A stretch of DNA of 64,000 nt, from NCBI GenBank assembly GCA_024399065.1, contig JAKSIB010000017.1, positions 464 through 64,463 on the forward strand, written 5' to 3'. Below the pieces are notes generated by a model. That model worked only from the letters and a program-made list of their open reading frames with translations. It ran no database searches and was not told the DNA's origin. The position numbers and the translations under genes are program-made. Shown piece by piece: positions 45,327-55,893 of this stretch. The stretch comes from Fibrobacter sp. (GTDB lineage Bacteria; Fibrobacterota; Fibrobacteria; Fibrobacterales; Fibrobacteraceae). Position 1 is the stretch's first letter; the number at the start of each line of letters is the position of its first letter.

Positions 45327-47426
45327 TTATTCCTGCAAGGTGAACGGAGTCAATCGAACACCGTTGGATTCGTCGTTTCTGTTGGAAATGGCCTTGGGAA
45401 GTTTCTTTTCGAAGCCTTCGTACTTCAAGCGTTCTTCGCTGATGCCCTTGTATTCCAGGTAGTCGTAAATTGCCTTGGCGCGGTCATCGGCAAGAGACTT
45501 TTGCGGTGCGGCGCACTGGATTTCCAGAGCGATAGGGTACTGGCGCATGTTTGCCACGATGTCATTCAATGCGGTGTAGCTGGAATTCAGGAAGGTGGTG
45601 TCCTTCTTGAACTTGATGCGCCTTGCGATGGCGTTGAAATTCAAGCGGTCGTTCATAGGACAGCCCTTGTTGTCTACGACGACCTTCTTGAAGGAGCCTG
45701 GGCATTGGTCAATCCAGTCTGCAATGCCGTCGCCGTCAGAATCGATGGGGCAGCCGAGGCTGTCGATAGGTGCGCCTGCTGGAGTGTTAGGACATTTGTC
45801 TTCGTCATCGAAAATGCCGTCGTTGTCTTTGTCTACGCGGCAACCGTTTTCGTCTACCATGACTCCGGGAATGGTTTCCGGACACTTGTCCTTAATGTCG
45901 GGAACGCCGTCGTTGTCCGTATCCAGAGGACAACCGTCGCTATTCACAGGTTCGCCTTCCACGCTGTTGGGGCACTTGTCCAGATCGTCGGGAACGCCGT
46001 CCTTGTCATAATCCAGGGGGCAGCCTTCGGTGTTGATGGATATGCCTTCGGGGGTGCCAGGGCACTTATCCATGTTATTTACGATACCGTCGTGGTCTTC
46101 ATCTAGAGGGCAGCCGGTTTCATCTACAGGCTCGCCTTCGGGAGTACCAGGGCACTTGTCGTTGTTGTCGTCAATGCCGTCTCCGTCGGTGTCCAAAGTA
46201 CAACCCTTGGCATCAACGGCAAAGCCTTCCGGTGTTCCAAGGCACTTATCCTGGTAGTCGAAAACGCCGTCCTTATCCGCGTCGATAGGGCATCCGTTGA
46301 AATCCACTTCAAGTCCGAGGAGGGTTCCCGGGCAAAGGTCCACGATGTTCAACACGCCGTCTTCATCTTCGTCCACAGGGCAGCCACGGGAGTTTACGGT
46401 CATACCGTGGTTGGTGTTGGGGCACATGTCTTCTCTGTTGATGACTCCGTCGCCGTCGGAATCCACCCAACTCATATTGATGCTCTTGCTTAAGGTTACG
46501 CCGATTCCAAGGTTCGGGGAACCAAGGGCGTTATACTTGACTGTGTTTTTGCTGGACAACAAGTTGATGGAAAGTCCGTCGTCGGGATTTTGACCTCTGA
46601 AATAGTTGAGGCCCACATCGCCAGAAATGGTGATGGTGAAGTCCTTGGGCAAGTGCATGCGTAGCGCCGGAGTAAACCTGAAGGGGCTGGACAGGACATT
46701 CTGGGCGATGTAGCTACTGTGCATCGGAGTTTCACCGGAAATTTCAAGGATGACGGACAAAATCTTTTCGGGAAGGATGGTGAGACCCACACCCCACAAA
46801 ATATCGCTTTCGGTATTGCTGATGACTTTCAAGATACCTACGTAGGAGCTAAGTTCCGAGGTGCCGAAGTTGATGGTGGCGTGAGCGTAGCCTGCGATGC
46901 CGAAATTTTTAGCCGTGTAGGCGTAGGCGTCTCCACTGGAATGGCGGAACCAACGATGTCTGGGGCGGAAACCTGCCACAGGTGTGCCTGTAGGAATGTA
47001 CAACTCGGTGCTGGCTCCGAAAATCCAGGAGTCGTTGATGGGAATGGAACCCTTGGCGCCTAGCTGCAGATCGCCAAACCCGAAACTATTTGATGTAGAT
47101 CCTTGGACCTTGCTGTCGTAATGGAAGGGGAGGCGGATATTCAGTTCGAGGTTGTCCAACACGCTGAAACTGAAGAAGACGGATTCATCGTTGGAAGATG
47201 TATTTTCGTCGATTTCAATCTTGTCGCCATCACCATTGATGTAGTAGCCTTCCATACTCATGGACTTGCTGTCGGTAACCATTTCGAAGCTACCTGAAAT
47301 AAACAAGGTGCCCTGCTCCATTGTTGCTGCAGATGGTACATGGACACCCGATGCCGAACGACCGATGCCGACCTGGGCAAAGGCTGCGGATGCAAGGCTT
47401 GTGAGTATGATAAGAGACTTCTTCAT
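45327..47426 (-). CDS. OmpA-family protein with thrombospondin type-3 (DxDxDG) repeats
   Basis: Signal peptide, beta-barrel region, nine D.D.DG...D.C repeats, degenerate OmpA-like C-terminus. Confidence 0.85.
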   Translation of the reverse strand: MKKSLIILTSLASAAFAQVGIGRSASGVHVPSAATMEQGTLFISGSFEMVTDSKSMSMEGYYINGDGDKIEIDENTSSNDESVFFSFSVLDNLELNIRLPFHYDSKVQGSTSNSFGFGDLQLGAKGSIPINDSWIFGASTELYIPTGTPVAGFRPRHRWFRHSSGDAYAYTAKNFGIAGYAHATINFGTSELSSYVGILKVISNTESDILWGVGLTILPEKILSVILEISGETPMHSSYIAQNVLSSPFRFTPALRMHLPKDFTITISGDVGLNYFRGQNPDDGLSINLLSSKNTVKYNALGSPNLGIGVTLSKSINMSWVDSDGDGVINREDMCPNTNHGMTVNSRGCPVDEDEDGVLNIVDLCPGTLLGLEVDFNGCPIDADKDGVFDYQDKCLGTPEGFAVDAKGCTLDTDGDGIDDNNDKCPGTPEGEPVDETGCPLDEDHDGIVNNMDKCPGTPEGISINTEGCPLDYDKDGVPDDLDKCPNSVEGEPVNSDGCPLDTDNDGVPDIKDKCPETIPGVMVDENGCRVDKDNDGIFDDEDKCPNTPAGAPIDSLGCPIDSDGDGIADWIDQCPGSFKKVVVDNKGCPMNDRLNFNAIARRIKFKKDTTFLNSSYTALNDIVANMRQYPIALEIQCAAPQKSLADDRAKAIYDYLEYKGISEERLKYEGFEKKLPKAISNRNDESNGVRLTPFTLQE

Positions 47427-47619
47427 TTAAGCGCTCAAGAAATTTAGTATATTTGTCCACCAAAGTGAAAAAGAGTTATTCAAATCAAGAACTGCCTAGC
47501 TGGCATAGAAAGGCCCAGAAGGGATACCGAGTCAATCGTGTTGTCATTATTTTACAGATGGTGGCTTCCTTGGTGATGTGCGGTGTGCTTTTGTACGGCA
47601 TGATGAAATTGGCATAGTG

Positions 47620-49989
47620 ATGGGATTGGTGAAACAGTTGAAGTGTACGGTGTTCTTGGCTGCCGCGATGGTTCTCGCTGGCTGTGCATCGAACAAACCC
47701 GCTGTAGAAACCAAAACGGTGTCTGCCGAGGCAACGTCTATTCCCGTTCAAGTTTCCGATACTACCTCCTATTCCGAAGTCGCCCTGCAGGAAAAGGTAT
47801 CCGATTCCCTGGCAGCACGACAGTCCTGGACCTATTACCAGTATGCCCTGCAGGCTATGGATAACCAGGAATGGCAACTTGCAAGGCGCTACTTAGATGA
47901 ATCCTTGCGTCAGTTGGTTGCAGAAAGGAACGATACCACTCATACAGGTTTTTCTTCTGCGGAAGATTCTTTGTACCACAAGCAGATGCCGGAACGCATC
48001 GTTAGCGCCATGGACGAAGTTTATCCCAACTTGAAGACCGAGGTTGAGGGTAGTACCGAAAATTTCGTCCGTAACGAAGTCTCCAACGAAGGTGTGGAAA
48101 ACCTGGACGAAAATGCCGCTGACAGCGCCTCCCTGCAGGTCATTGAAAGTTTCCTGGATACCTTGGACGTTTCCCAGTTCTCCCTGCCGGTGGAATTCAA
48201 CGAACGCGTGATGCAGGAAATCTTCTATATGACAGGTTCTGCACGCTCCTTTATGGAAGGCTCCCTGAATCGTAAGACCGCCTACGACTCCATGGTGTAT
48301 GCAAAGCTTGAAGAAGCCAAGATGCCTCGCGACTTGATTTACCTGGCCTTGGTGGAATCGGGTTTCAAACTGAAGGCCTACAGCCGCGCCAAGGCTTCCG
48401 GCATGTGGCAGTTTATTCCTGAAACTGGCAAGCGTTACGGTGTTGATGTGGACTACTGGGTAGACATGCGCCGCAATCCGGAACTTGCAACCGATGCTGC
48501 CGTCAAGTACTTGAGCCGCCTTCACGACGAGTTCAACGACTGGCTTTTGGCTATGGCCGCCTACAACTGTGGCGAAGGCCGCGTCCGCCGCCTTGTCCGC
48601 GAAATGAAGGAAGACTCCACCCGCGATTCCAGCCTTGCCGTGACCTACTGGGATTTGGAACTTCCCAAGGAAACCATGCGCTATGTGCCCCGTATTTTGG
48701 CCGCCATGGTCATTGGTCATTTCCCGGAACAGTACGAAATGACTGTGGGCAGGCAGTACCGCCCGGAATTCGATACGGTAACGGTGTTCGATTCCTTCCC
48801 GTTGGAAGAAGTGGCTAAGCTCCTCCGCGTCAAGGAAGATACCCTACGCGCATTGAACATGGAACTGGTGAAGTGGTGTACTCCGCCTAACAGGGATTCC
48901 TATTTGCTCCGTTTGCCGGTGGGTACCCGCGAAAGATTTGTGGACGGCTACGACAAGATGGAAAAGAACACCTTCTCCAGCTGGCACCACCACAAGGTCC
49001 GCAAGGGTGAAAACCTCGGTGTCATTGCAAAGCAGTACGACATCCGCGTCTCCGAGCTTCAGCAGGCAAACGACATGAAGACCACCCGCATTCGCGCCGG
49101 TCAGACTCTGCTTATTCCTATCAAGGTCACTCCCAAGCCCAAGTCCAAGAATTCCGCACCCCGCAAGCCTGAAAAGGTTCGCACCTATGTTGTAAGGAAC
49201 GGCGACAACATGGCTTCCATCGCCCGCAGGTTTGGTGTTTCCCAGGAAAGCCTCCGCATCTGGAATTCCATGGATGTCACGTCCTTTGTTAATGAAGGTG
49301 ACACAATCTACGTTTCCAAGCCGGAACTGAAGCCTAGTCCGGAATCAAAGTCCGTCACGGATGCTGCGTCCAAGGCTCCCGTGGAACGTCCGAAACTTGC
49401 CAAGGGTGAACGCTATGTGGTCAAGGCTGGCGATTCCTATAGCGAAATCGCTAAGGCTTATGATGTTCCTGTGTTGCTCCTGATTCAGGCGAACCAAGGG
49501 TACAAGAACCGCCTCACCGTAGGCGACTCCCTGGTGATTCCGCAGTTTGTTCGTAAGCCTGCCGCCAAGGCTCCTGCAAAAACCGCCGCAGCAGAAAAGA
49601 AGCAGGAAAAGCCTGCAAAGTCTTCCAAGGCAAGCAACGAAAAGACTTCTATCTATACCGTTAAGGCTGGTGACAACCTGAGCGCCATCGCCCGTAAGTA
49701 CGGCACTACCGTGGCTAAGATCCAGGCTCTGAACAACATGGGAACCAACACCAACATCGATATTGGTCAAAAGCTGAAAGTCGCTGGTGAAGCCCCTGCA
49801 GCCTCCGCCGCAACCTCCTCGAATTCCAGTGCAAATTCTGGCGAAGGCCGTATCCACACGGTACAAAAAGGCGAAAGCCTATGGGACATCTCTCGCCAAT
49901 ACAAGGTCACGATTGAAGAAATCGTCAAATGGAACAACTTGAACGACACCAAGATCAAAATGGGCGACAAGTTGAAAATCAACAAGTAA
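47620..49989 (+). CDS. mltD: LysM-containing lytic murein transglycosylase
   Basis: [34 protein letters not shown]; five LysM repeats; lipobox LAGC; start taken at ATG 47620. Confidence 0.9.
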   Translation: MGLVKQLKCTVFLAAAMVLAGCASNKPAVETKTVSAEATSIPVQVSDTTSYSEVALQEKVSDSLAARQSWTYYQYALQAMDNQEWQLARRYLDESLRQLVAERNDTTHTGFSSAEDSLYHKQMPERIVSAMDEVYPNLKTEVEGSTENFVRNEVSNEGVENLDENAADSASLQVIESFLDTLDVSQFSLPVEFNERVMQEIFYMTGSARSFMEGSLNRKTAYDSMVYAKLEEAKMPRDLIYLALVESGFKLKAYSRAKASGMWQFIPETGKRYGVDVDYWVDMRRNPELATDAAVKYLSRLHDEFNDWLLAMAAYNCGEGRVRRLVREMKEDSTRDSSLAVTYWDLELPKETMRYVPRILAAMVIGHFPEQYEMTVGRQYRPEFDTVTVFDSFPLEEVAKLLRVKEDTLRALNMELVKWCTPPNRDSYLLRLPVGTRERFVDGYDKMEKNTFSSWHHHKVRKGENLGVIAKQYDIRVSELQQANDMKTTRIRAGQTLLIPIKVTPKPKSKNSAPRKPEKVRTYVVRNGDNMASIARRFGVSQESLRIWNSMDVTSFVNEGDTIYVSKPELKPSPESKSVTDAASKAPVERPKLAKGERYVVKAGDSYSEIAKAYDVPVLLLIQANQGYKNRLTVGDSLVIPQFVRKPAAKAPAKTAAAEKKQEKPAKSSKASNEKTSIYTVKAGDNLSAIARKYGTTVAKIQALNNMGTNTNIDIGQKLKVAGEAPAASAATSSNSSANSGEGRIHTVQKGESLWDISRQYKVTIEEIVKWNNLNDTKIKMGDKLKINK

Positions 49990-49991
49990 AA

Positions 49992-50777
49992 TTAGAACAG
50001 CGTAATACCCACCGTAAGGAAGGGCTGGAAGTAGGTGTCGAAGTCAAGCATGAATTCGTCGCCATCCTTCGTGGAAGAAAGTCTACGTTCGAAGTAGGTG
50101 TGGAAGTATTCGTGAGAACTGCGGACACCTGCTGAGGCGAACAGACCGTGGAATGCGCAACGGACGCCAGCACCGTAGGCATAACCGTATGCCACTGGGG
50201 AAAGGAACTTGGTCTTGTCGGAGAAGAAGGTCTTACCCACGATAACACCAGCGAATGCGTAGGGCTTGATCATCAACTGGTAGTTGTAGTTGGTGTAGAT
50301 GGGGAAGGAAAGGTCTGCGCCGAACTGGAACAATGCCGTGTGAATGTTGTGGCGGCCCTTGAGGGTGGCGGAGTCGATAGGCATATCTTCTTCGTCATAG
50401 TAGTTGGCGTAATAATCAAGGTCGGCGTAGGCTGCAGCTTCGTTCTGGGGCTTATGGCTCACACCAATATGCTGGTAACCCACCACGAGGAAGATGTCGA
50501 ACCATTCCTTGAGGGGGAGGGAGCCGGTGGCACCGTAGATGTAGGTGTTTCCGATAGAAATGTCGTGCTTGTGCTCATGGACCTTGTAACTGTAGTTGAC
50601 GTTGTCCATGCTGATCTTGGAAAATTCGATGTAGGGGCCGAAGGAGCCGCGGTCGGTGTATTCCATGTCGTTGCGGTTGTCTCCGGACATGGAGGTGTCG
50701 GTAATGACTTTGACCTTGGCACCGAAGGCCAGGGTGGCGGCGGCGAGGGCCAATGTTACAAAAATCTGTTTTTTCAT
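49992..50777 (-). CDS. hypothetical outer-membrane beta-barrel protein
   Basis: Signal peptide, aromatic beta-strands, terminal Phe. Confidence 0.65.
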   Translation of the reverse strand: MKKQIFVTLALAAATLAFGAKVKVITDTSMSGDNRNDMEYTDRGSFGPYIEFSKISMDNVNYSYKVHEHKHDISIGNTYIYGATGSLPLKEWFDIFLVVGYQHIGVSHKPQNEAAAYADLDYYANYYDEEDMPIDSATLKGRHNIHTALFQFGADLSFPIYTNYNYQLMIKPYAFAGVIVGKTFFSDKTKFLSPVAYGYAYGAGVRCAFHGLFASAGVRSSHEYFHTYFERRLSSTKDGDEFMLDFDTYFQPFLTVGITLF

Positions 50778-50881
50778 GTGAATAAATTTAAATAATTTTG
50801 TGTAAATTGTTTTTTTTCGTGAAAAAATTCAAAAAATTGTGTAGTTTTAGTCCATAAAGTTTGAAAATTGGAGTTTATACC

Positions 50882-51622
50882 ATGAAGAAAATGCTTTTGG
50901 CACTCTGTGCCGCTGGTTTGATGGCATCTATGACCGCTTGTAACGACACTATGGATCCCAACGATCCGTCTTCCGTTCGTAAGTACCTCACCAAGCAGCA
51001 GATCGCTTTCACCCCGAACCAGTTTGTTTCCTTCGCTGTCAATAGCGATACCGCCAAGATGACTTTGTTCCTCCAGGCTTCTTTCGAAATTGACCAGCCG
51101 GCTGACAATGGCAACAACGCTGTTGCAATTGCTGCAAACAAGGGCAACCTCATGGTTCTCAACTACCTCTTCGACCACGGTGCAAAGGCCGATGTCCGCA
51201 ACGGTAACGGCGAAGCTGTCATCGACAACGCTGTCATGATGGGCAATAAGGAAGTTGTTGTTCGCCTCCTCGAACAGCTCAAGAAGGAAGGCGTTGACCC
51301 GCAGTCCCTCGGTACTGCAGTTCTCTTGGCTGCTAAGGCAGGCAAGGTTGACATGCTTGAAATCCTCGCTAACGCAGGTGCTTCTCTCGAAACCCGTAGC
51401 GCTGACGGTTACCTCCCGATCCACTGGACCGTCAAGAATGGTAACTACGATGCTATGATGTTCCTCATCAGCAAGGGTGTGGATGTCAACGCTAAGTGTG
51501 GTCAGGGCTACTCTGTTCTCGACTGGGCAACCAACGAAGGTTACACCCGCTTGATCAAGGAATTGAAGAAGAAGGGCGCAAAGATTACCCCGCAATACCT
51601 CAAGGACTCCAAGGGTAAATAA
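50882..51622 (+). CDS. ankyrin-repeat lipoprotein
   Basis: Lipobox MTAC; repeats AA.KG....L..L...GA, P.HW....G, L.WA...G. Confidence 0.88.
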   Translation: MKKMLLALCAAGLMASMTACNDTMDPNDPSSVRKYLTKQQIAFTPNQFVSFAVNSDTAKMTLFLQASFEIDQPADNGNNAVAIAANKGNLMVLNYLFDHGAKADVRNGNGEAVIDNAVMMGNKEVVVRLLEQLKKEGVDPQSLGTAVLLAAKAGKVDMLEILANAGASLETRSADGYLPIHWTVKNGNYDAMMFLISKGVDVNAKCGQGYSVLDWATNEGYTRLIKELKKKGAKITPQYLKDSKGK

Positions 51623-51708
51623 GGACGCAAGGGGGTTCACCCCGTAAATTTGCGGAAATTTTAAAGAATCCCTGCATTTTGTGCGGGGGTTCTTTGTATT
51701 TTTAGGTT

Positions 51709-52503
51709 ATGAAGTTTTCTTTCCTTTCCAAGCTGTGTCTATGCTTGTGCCTTACCTGCGTCTATGCGGGTGCACAAGAAACGGTGGAAAGCATCCGTCG
51801 CCAGATCAAGGCGGTAGAAGCTGAAACCGCTCGAGAAAAATCCTTACATGATGCCGAAAAGAAGCGCCACGCAGAATTCGTGGAAGTGGGCCGCAAGAAG
51901 GTCCAGGCTTTGGCTCAGCAGAACAAGACGCTGAAGGCAGAAATTGACTCTCTGAAGGTGGAAGTCAAGAATCTTGCCGACGCACGTCAGAAGACCACCG
52001 GCACCATCAAGTACTTTGAAAACCGCAAGGCAAAGTACGGCACTTCCTTGGCAAAGGTTATCGATTCCTTGGCTCCTGTGTTCGAATCCGATTTCCCGTA
52101 CCGTAATGAGGAAGTGGTGAACAGCGTAAAGGAAATTGCAAACCAGCTCTCCAAGGGCTTGATCGAAGCCGACGACGGTTTGAACCGCACTCTTGAAATT
52201 TTCTACGACCGTATTCGCCTGGGTTACACCACCGAAGTTTGGAAAGGCTTCTTGCAGGTGGATGCACGCAGCGTCGCAGGTACCTTTATGCGCTATGGCG
52301 CTGTTGCCGCCATCTTTGTTAGCAACGACGGTAACGACGTACTTTGGCTGAACCGCACCGAAAACGGTGGCTACGTTTGGAAGAACGTTTCCGATGACCT
52401 GGCCATGCGTACTGCCCTCAAGGACGTGATGAAGGTTGCCGAAGGAAAGACTGCCCCCAAGCTCGTCACCATCCCGGTGGCACTTCCTAAGGAGGCCAAG
52501 TAA
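51709..52503 (+). CDS. DUF3450-like coiled-coil protein (TonB-cluster associated)
   Basis: Signal peptide, coiled coil, D.PYR..E, R.G...F.S.DG; first gene of the TonB cluster. Confidence 0.7.
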   Translation: MKFSFLSKLCLCLCLTCVYAGAQETVESIRRQIKAVEAETAREKSLHDAEKKRHAEFVEVGRKKVQALAQQNKTLKAEIDSLKVEVKNLADARQKTTGTIKYFENRKAKYGTSLAKVIDSLAPVFESDFPYRNEEVVNSVKEIANQLSKGLIEADDGLNRTLEIFYDRIRLGYTTEVWKGFLQVDARSVAGTFMRYGAVAAIFVSNDGNDVLWLNRTENGGYVWKNVSDDLAMRTALKDVMKVAEGKTAPKLVTIPVALPKEAK

Positions 52504-54077
52504 TGAATAGACTCCAGGTTCGAGGCTCCAGGCCCCAGGTTCGAGGCTCCAGGCTCCAGGCTCGAGGTACGAAATGTCATTGCGAGCCTCGAAGAGGCGT
52601 GGCAATCGTAGCATTACTCTTCGCACTTTGCTCTGTTCCCGCCCTTGCCCAGCAGGGTGGTGAATCCATCGACGCCGTCAAGAAACGTGCCGAACTGAAC
52701 AGCGCCAAGGCTGACTTGGAAGAAGCACGTAAGAAGCGAGACATGGCTGTGGCTGCCCGCTGGAAGGATCGCGAAACTGCAAACCAGGAACGTGAACTCT
52801 TCAACGAAAAGTATCAGGAAAACAAGGAAAAGGTGGACGCTCTCATGAGCGAACGCGCTCGCCTTTTCGAAGACGTCCGTGTGGCCCGTGAAGACTTGGC
52901 CCAGGTCAAGCTCCAGGCCGAAAAGGCTCGCGCCGAATACTTGTCCTTGGCCGCAGGTCCGGAACGTTTGGAAACTCTGGCTAAGTTCCAGGAACAGGGA
53001 ATTCCTTTCAAGATTGCAGAACGTGTGGAAGTGCAGAACAAGGTCAAGAAGGAAATGGGCCTGTACCGCGACGACCCGCTGCGTATTGCAAAGTCCATCT
53101 TGAATGTGGCAAAGAACGAACTTGAATTTACTCGCGAAATCCAGATGGAACAGGCGGAGCTGGTATTCGGTACCGCCGTTGCCGAAGGTTCCCGCCTACG
53201 CCTCGGCGGTCTCTACGCCATGCAGATGGCAAACGCCGTCATGGATTCCGCAGGCAACCGCCCGTCGGCCTTGATGCTGCCGGTTGCTGGCGAAAAGAAG
53301 CGTGCCTTTAGCTGGCAGGAAAACCTCACTCCCGAAACCAAGACCGACGTGTCCAAGGTTTTCGCCGAGGCAAAGGATTCCGCATTCGTGAAGGTTCCTG
53401 TGGACGTTCTCCTCAGTACCGAACTTTCCTCCGAACTTGCTAACCATCAGGAAACCACTTGGAAGGACGAACTCCAGACCTTCTTCAAGAACGGTGGCAT
53501 CTTGATGTATCCCATCGTCACCATCTTCGGCCTCGGCCTCTTGATCGTCCTCTGGAAGTTCCTCTGGATTATGATCCGCGGCTTTGGCGGCTTGGGCGTA
53601 CGTCGCACCCTCAAGACTCTGGAAGCTGGCGATGTGGCTAAGGCTCGCGAACAGGTGAAGAAGGCTCACGGTTTGGTGGGCAAGGTTTTGAAGACCGTTC
53701 TCCTCAAGGAATACGGTGGCCGTGCCGCTGCAGAAAAGGCTTTGGAAGAACAGTTCTCTGCCCAGGTCCCGAAGATTGAATCCGGCCTCACTTGGGTTTC
53801 TGTGTTTGCTGCAACCGCTCCGCTCCTGGGCTTGCTTGGTACCGTCATGGGTATGATTGAACTTTTCGACGTGATTACCATGCACGGTACTTCCGACCCC
53901 AAGCTTTTGGCTGGCGGTATTTCCATCGCCCTCGTGACTACGGAAGCTGGCCTTATTGTGGCTATCCCGCTGCAGCTCCTGCACACCTTCCTGGCTAACC
54001 GTGCCGACGCTCTCCGCGGCCGCATGGAAAAGGCTGGCCTCGCAGTTCTTAACGCCCTTTGGATTCGCGAGAAGTAA
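52503..54077 (+). CDS. extended MotA/TolQ/ExbB protein (TtpC-like)
   Basis: Large periplasmic coiled-coil N-terminus; APLLGLLGTV.GMI..F, GGISIALVTT.AGL. Confidence 0.88.
   Translation: MNRLQVRGSRPQVRGSRLQARGTKCHCEPRRGVAIVALLFALCSVPALAQQGGESIDAVKKRAELNSAKADLEEARKKRDMAVAARWKDRETANQERELFNEKYQENKEKVDALMSERARLFEDVRVAREDLAQVKLQAEKARAEYLSLAAGPERLETLAKFQEQGIPFKIAERVEVQNKVKKEMGLYRDDPLRIAKSILNVAKNELEFTREIQMEQAELVFGTAVAEGSRLRLGGLYAMQMANAVMDSAGNRPSALMLPVAGEKKRAFSWQENLTPETKTDVSKVFAEAKDSAFVKVPVDVLLSTELSSELANHQETTWKDELQTFFKNGGILMYPIVTIFGLGLLIVLWKFLWIMIRGFGGLGVRRTLKTLEAGDVAKAREQVKKAHGLVGKVLKTVLLKEYGGRAAAEKALEEQFSAQVPKIESGLTWVSVFAATAPLLGLLGTVMGMIELFDVITMHGTSDPKLLAGGISIALVTTEAGLIVAIPLQLLHTFLANRADALRGRMEKAGLAVLNALWIREK
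52512..52607 (+). repeat. composite repeat: 8 heptamers plus GTCAT-tagged palindrome, in frame at the start of the TtpC-like gene
   Basis: CTCCAGG/TTCGAGG units at 52512-52567, then TGTCATTGCGAGCCTCGAAGAGGCGTGGCAATC at 52575-52607. Confidence 0.85.
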
Positions 54078-54114
54078 AATCGCGATGGTAACTCGCAAAA
54101 GGTAATGCGACAAA

Positions 54115-54792
54115 ATGGTCCTTGGCGTTGATCAAAATTCCGTTCTAGAAGCGGCCTTCGGCATCCTCTTTAGAGGTGGCTGGGTGCTCGCCCCGATCTT
54201 TGCATTGGGGTGGTTTGGATGGTTTTTGATGCTGGAACGCTACGGCTACTACTTTATGCTTCGTGGCAAATCCTCCGCCGCATTCTGGCACACCCTGAAA
54301 AAGAAAGGGGAGGACGTGGCCTTCGACAAGTTGAGCCGTCGCCCGTACGGTTACTTCTACGCCTTGGTGAAGGACATCCGCGATCATCGCGACGAAGGTC
54401 CCATCGCTGTGCGCAACGCCATGGAAGCAACACGCCATCGCATTTCCTTGAATCTTGCAAAGTCCCTGAAGACCATTTCCACCTGTGCCGCCATTGCTCC
54501 CATGCTTGGCTTGCTTGGTACGGTTTCCGGCATGGTCCATACTTTCGAAACGATCCAGCTTTTCGGTTTCGGTAACCCGGTGCTTTTGGCCGACGGTATT
54601 TCTGAAGCCTTGCTCACTACCCAGGCCGGCCTTTTGGTGGCGTTCCCCTTGATGCTTGCATACAACTATCTGGCCAGCTGTGTGGAAAAGGTGGAAGACC
54701 TCGCCTGGAGCGAAGCCCTGAAATTTGAATCTTATGCGCTGTCGTGTCATCCTGAGCGTAGCGAAGGATCTAGCACGGAGGTAAATAAATGA
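54115..54792 (+). CDS. exbB: ExbB proton channel
   Basis: APMLGLLGTVSGM, GISEALLTTQAGL. Confidence 0.9.
   Translation: MVLGVDQNSVLEAAFGILFRGGWVLAPIFALGWFGWFLMLERYGYYFMLRGKSSAAFWHTLKKKGEDVAFDKLSRRPYGYFYALVKDIRDHRDEGPIAVRNAMEATRHRISLNLAKSLKTISTCAAIAPMLGLLGTVSGMVHTFETIQLFGFGNPVLLADGISEALLTTQAGLLVAFPLMLAYNYLASCVEKVEDLAWSEALKFESYALSCHPERSEGSSTEVNK
54745..54771 (+). repeat. GTCAT-tagged palindrome at the exbB 3' end
   Basis: TGTCATCCTGAGCGTAGCGAAGGATCT, translated as CHPERSEGS. Confidence 0.8.
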
Positions 54793-55193
54793 GTTTTATC
54801 CGTAAACGCACTCGTGATGCTGGTGGCATCGATGTTTCTCCGATGCTGGACATGGTGTTCATCTTGCTCATCTTCTTTATTGTTACTTCCACCTTCACCC
54901 GTGAAACCGGTGTGGACGTAACCAAGCCTAAGGCAAGCTCCGCCAAGGACCTGGCCAAGGAAAGCATTTTGATCGGCGTGACTCGCCAGGGCACCATTCA
55001 TATCAATGAAACTCAGGTGAACCTCACCACCCTCAATACGGTGCTGCGCCAGATGATGGCCGAAGCTCCGGACCGCCCCGTGATTATCGTAAGCGACCGC
55101 GACGCTCCCAACGGAGTTGTGGTAGACATCTTGGACGAATGTAACCTCGCTAAGGTCCGCAAAGTTTCCATCTCCGCCAACAAGGAAGAATAA
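54789..55193 (+). CDS. exbD: ExbD
   Basis: IDVSPMLDMVFILLIFFIVT. Confidence 0.93.
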   Translation: MSFIRKRTRDAGGIDVSPMLDMVFILLIFFIVTSTFTRETGVDVTKPKASSAKDLAKESILIGVTRQGTIHINETQVNLTTLNTVLRQMMAEAPDRPVIIVSDRDAPNGVVVDILDECNLAKVRKVSISANKEE

Positions 55194-55201
55194 CCCTATA
55201 T

Positions 55202-55228
55202 TGTCATCCCGGGCTTGACCCGGGATCT
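55202..55228 (+). repeat. GTCAT-tagged palindrome between exbD and tonB
   Basis: TGTCATCCCGGGCTTGACCCGGGATCT with ATCCCGGG/CCCGGGAT arms. Confidence 0.85.
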
Positions 55229-55236
55229 CCAAAAAC

Positions 55237-55893
55237 ATGAAGCACTTCTCTTTCACAGATTTTATCGCAAAGTACTTCCGGTTTCCGGTAGCATTTGTGC
55301 TTTCCTTCGTGGTTAGCGCGGTGTTCTTCCTTGCGGTTCCTGTGTTGAATGCTTTGCTCTTCGATAAGGGCGTCAAGACCGAAAAGGAACTGGAAGCCGT
55401 CACCGAAGTTGAAGTTCTCGTTAGCGAAAAGAAGCCCGAGGTGAAGCAGAAGGTTTTGCGCACCGTGGTGAACCCCAACCCCTTCAAGATTTCTTCCAAC
55501 ATGGGTACCAGTCGCAGCCAGAATTTCTCCATGGACTTGTCCCTTGCCCGCGGTGCCGCTGGCGATGGTGTTGCCGTGGGAACTGGTGGCATGGAGAACG
55601 TGGTTTACGAAGCCGGTGAAGTGGATGAACAGGCTCAGGTCTTGCGTGAAATCCAGCCCAAGTTCCCGGAACGTGCAAAGCGTCTGGGAATTTCCGGCTA
55701 CGTTAAGGTTTTGCTGGTGATCGACGTTTATGGCGATGTGGCCCAGACCCAGGTCCTGACTTTGGACCCGCCGGGCTACGGCTTTGAAACCGAAGCTTTG
55801 AATGCTGTTCGTCAATGGAAGTTTAGCCCCGCTCAGCTAGGCGGATACCCCGTAGCACAAAAGGCTACAAAGGAGTTCCGCTTTGTCAAGTAG
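55237..55893 (+). CDS. tonB: TonB energy transducer
   Basis: N-terminal TM; C-terminal P.FPERA...G.SG.V.V...ID..G, A..AVRQWKFSPA. Confidence 0.9.
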   Translation: MKHFSFTDFIAKYFRFPVAFVLSFVVSAVFFLAVPVLNALLFDKGVKTEKELEAVTEVEVLVSEKKPEVKQKVLRTVVNPNPFKISSNMGTSRSQNFSMDLSLARGAAGDGVAVGTGGMENVVYEAGEVDEQAQVLREIQPKFPERAKRLGISGYVKVLLVIDVYGDVAQTQVLTLDPPGYGFETEALNAVRQWKFSPAQLGGYPVAQKATKEFRFVK

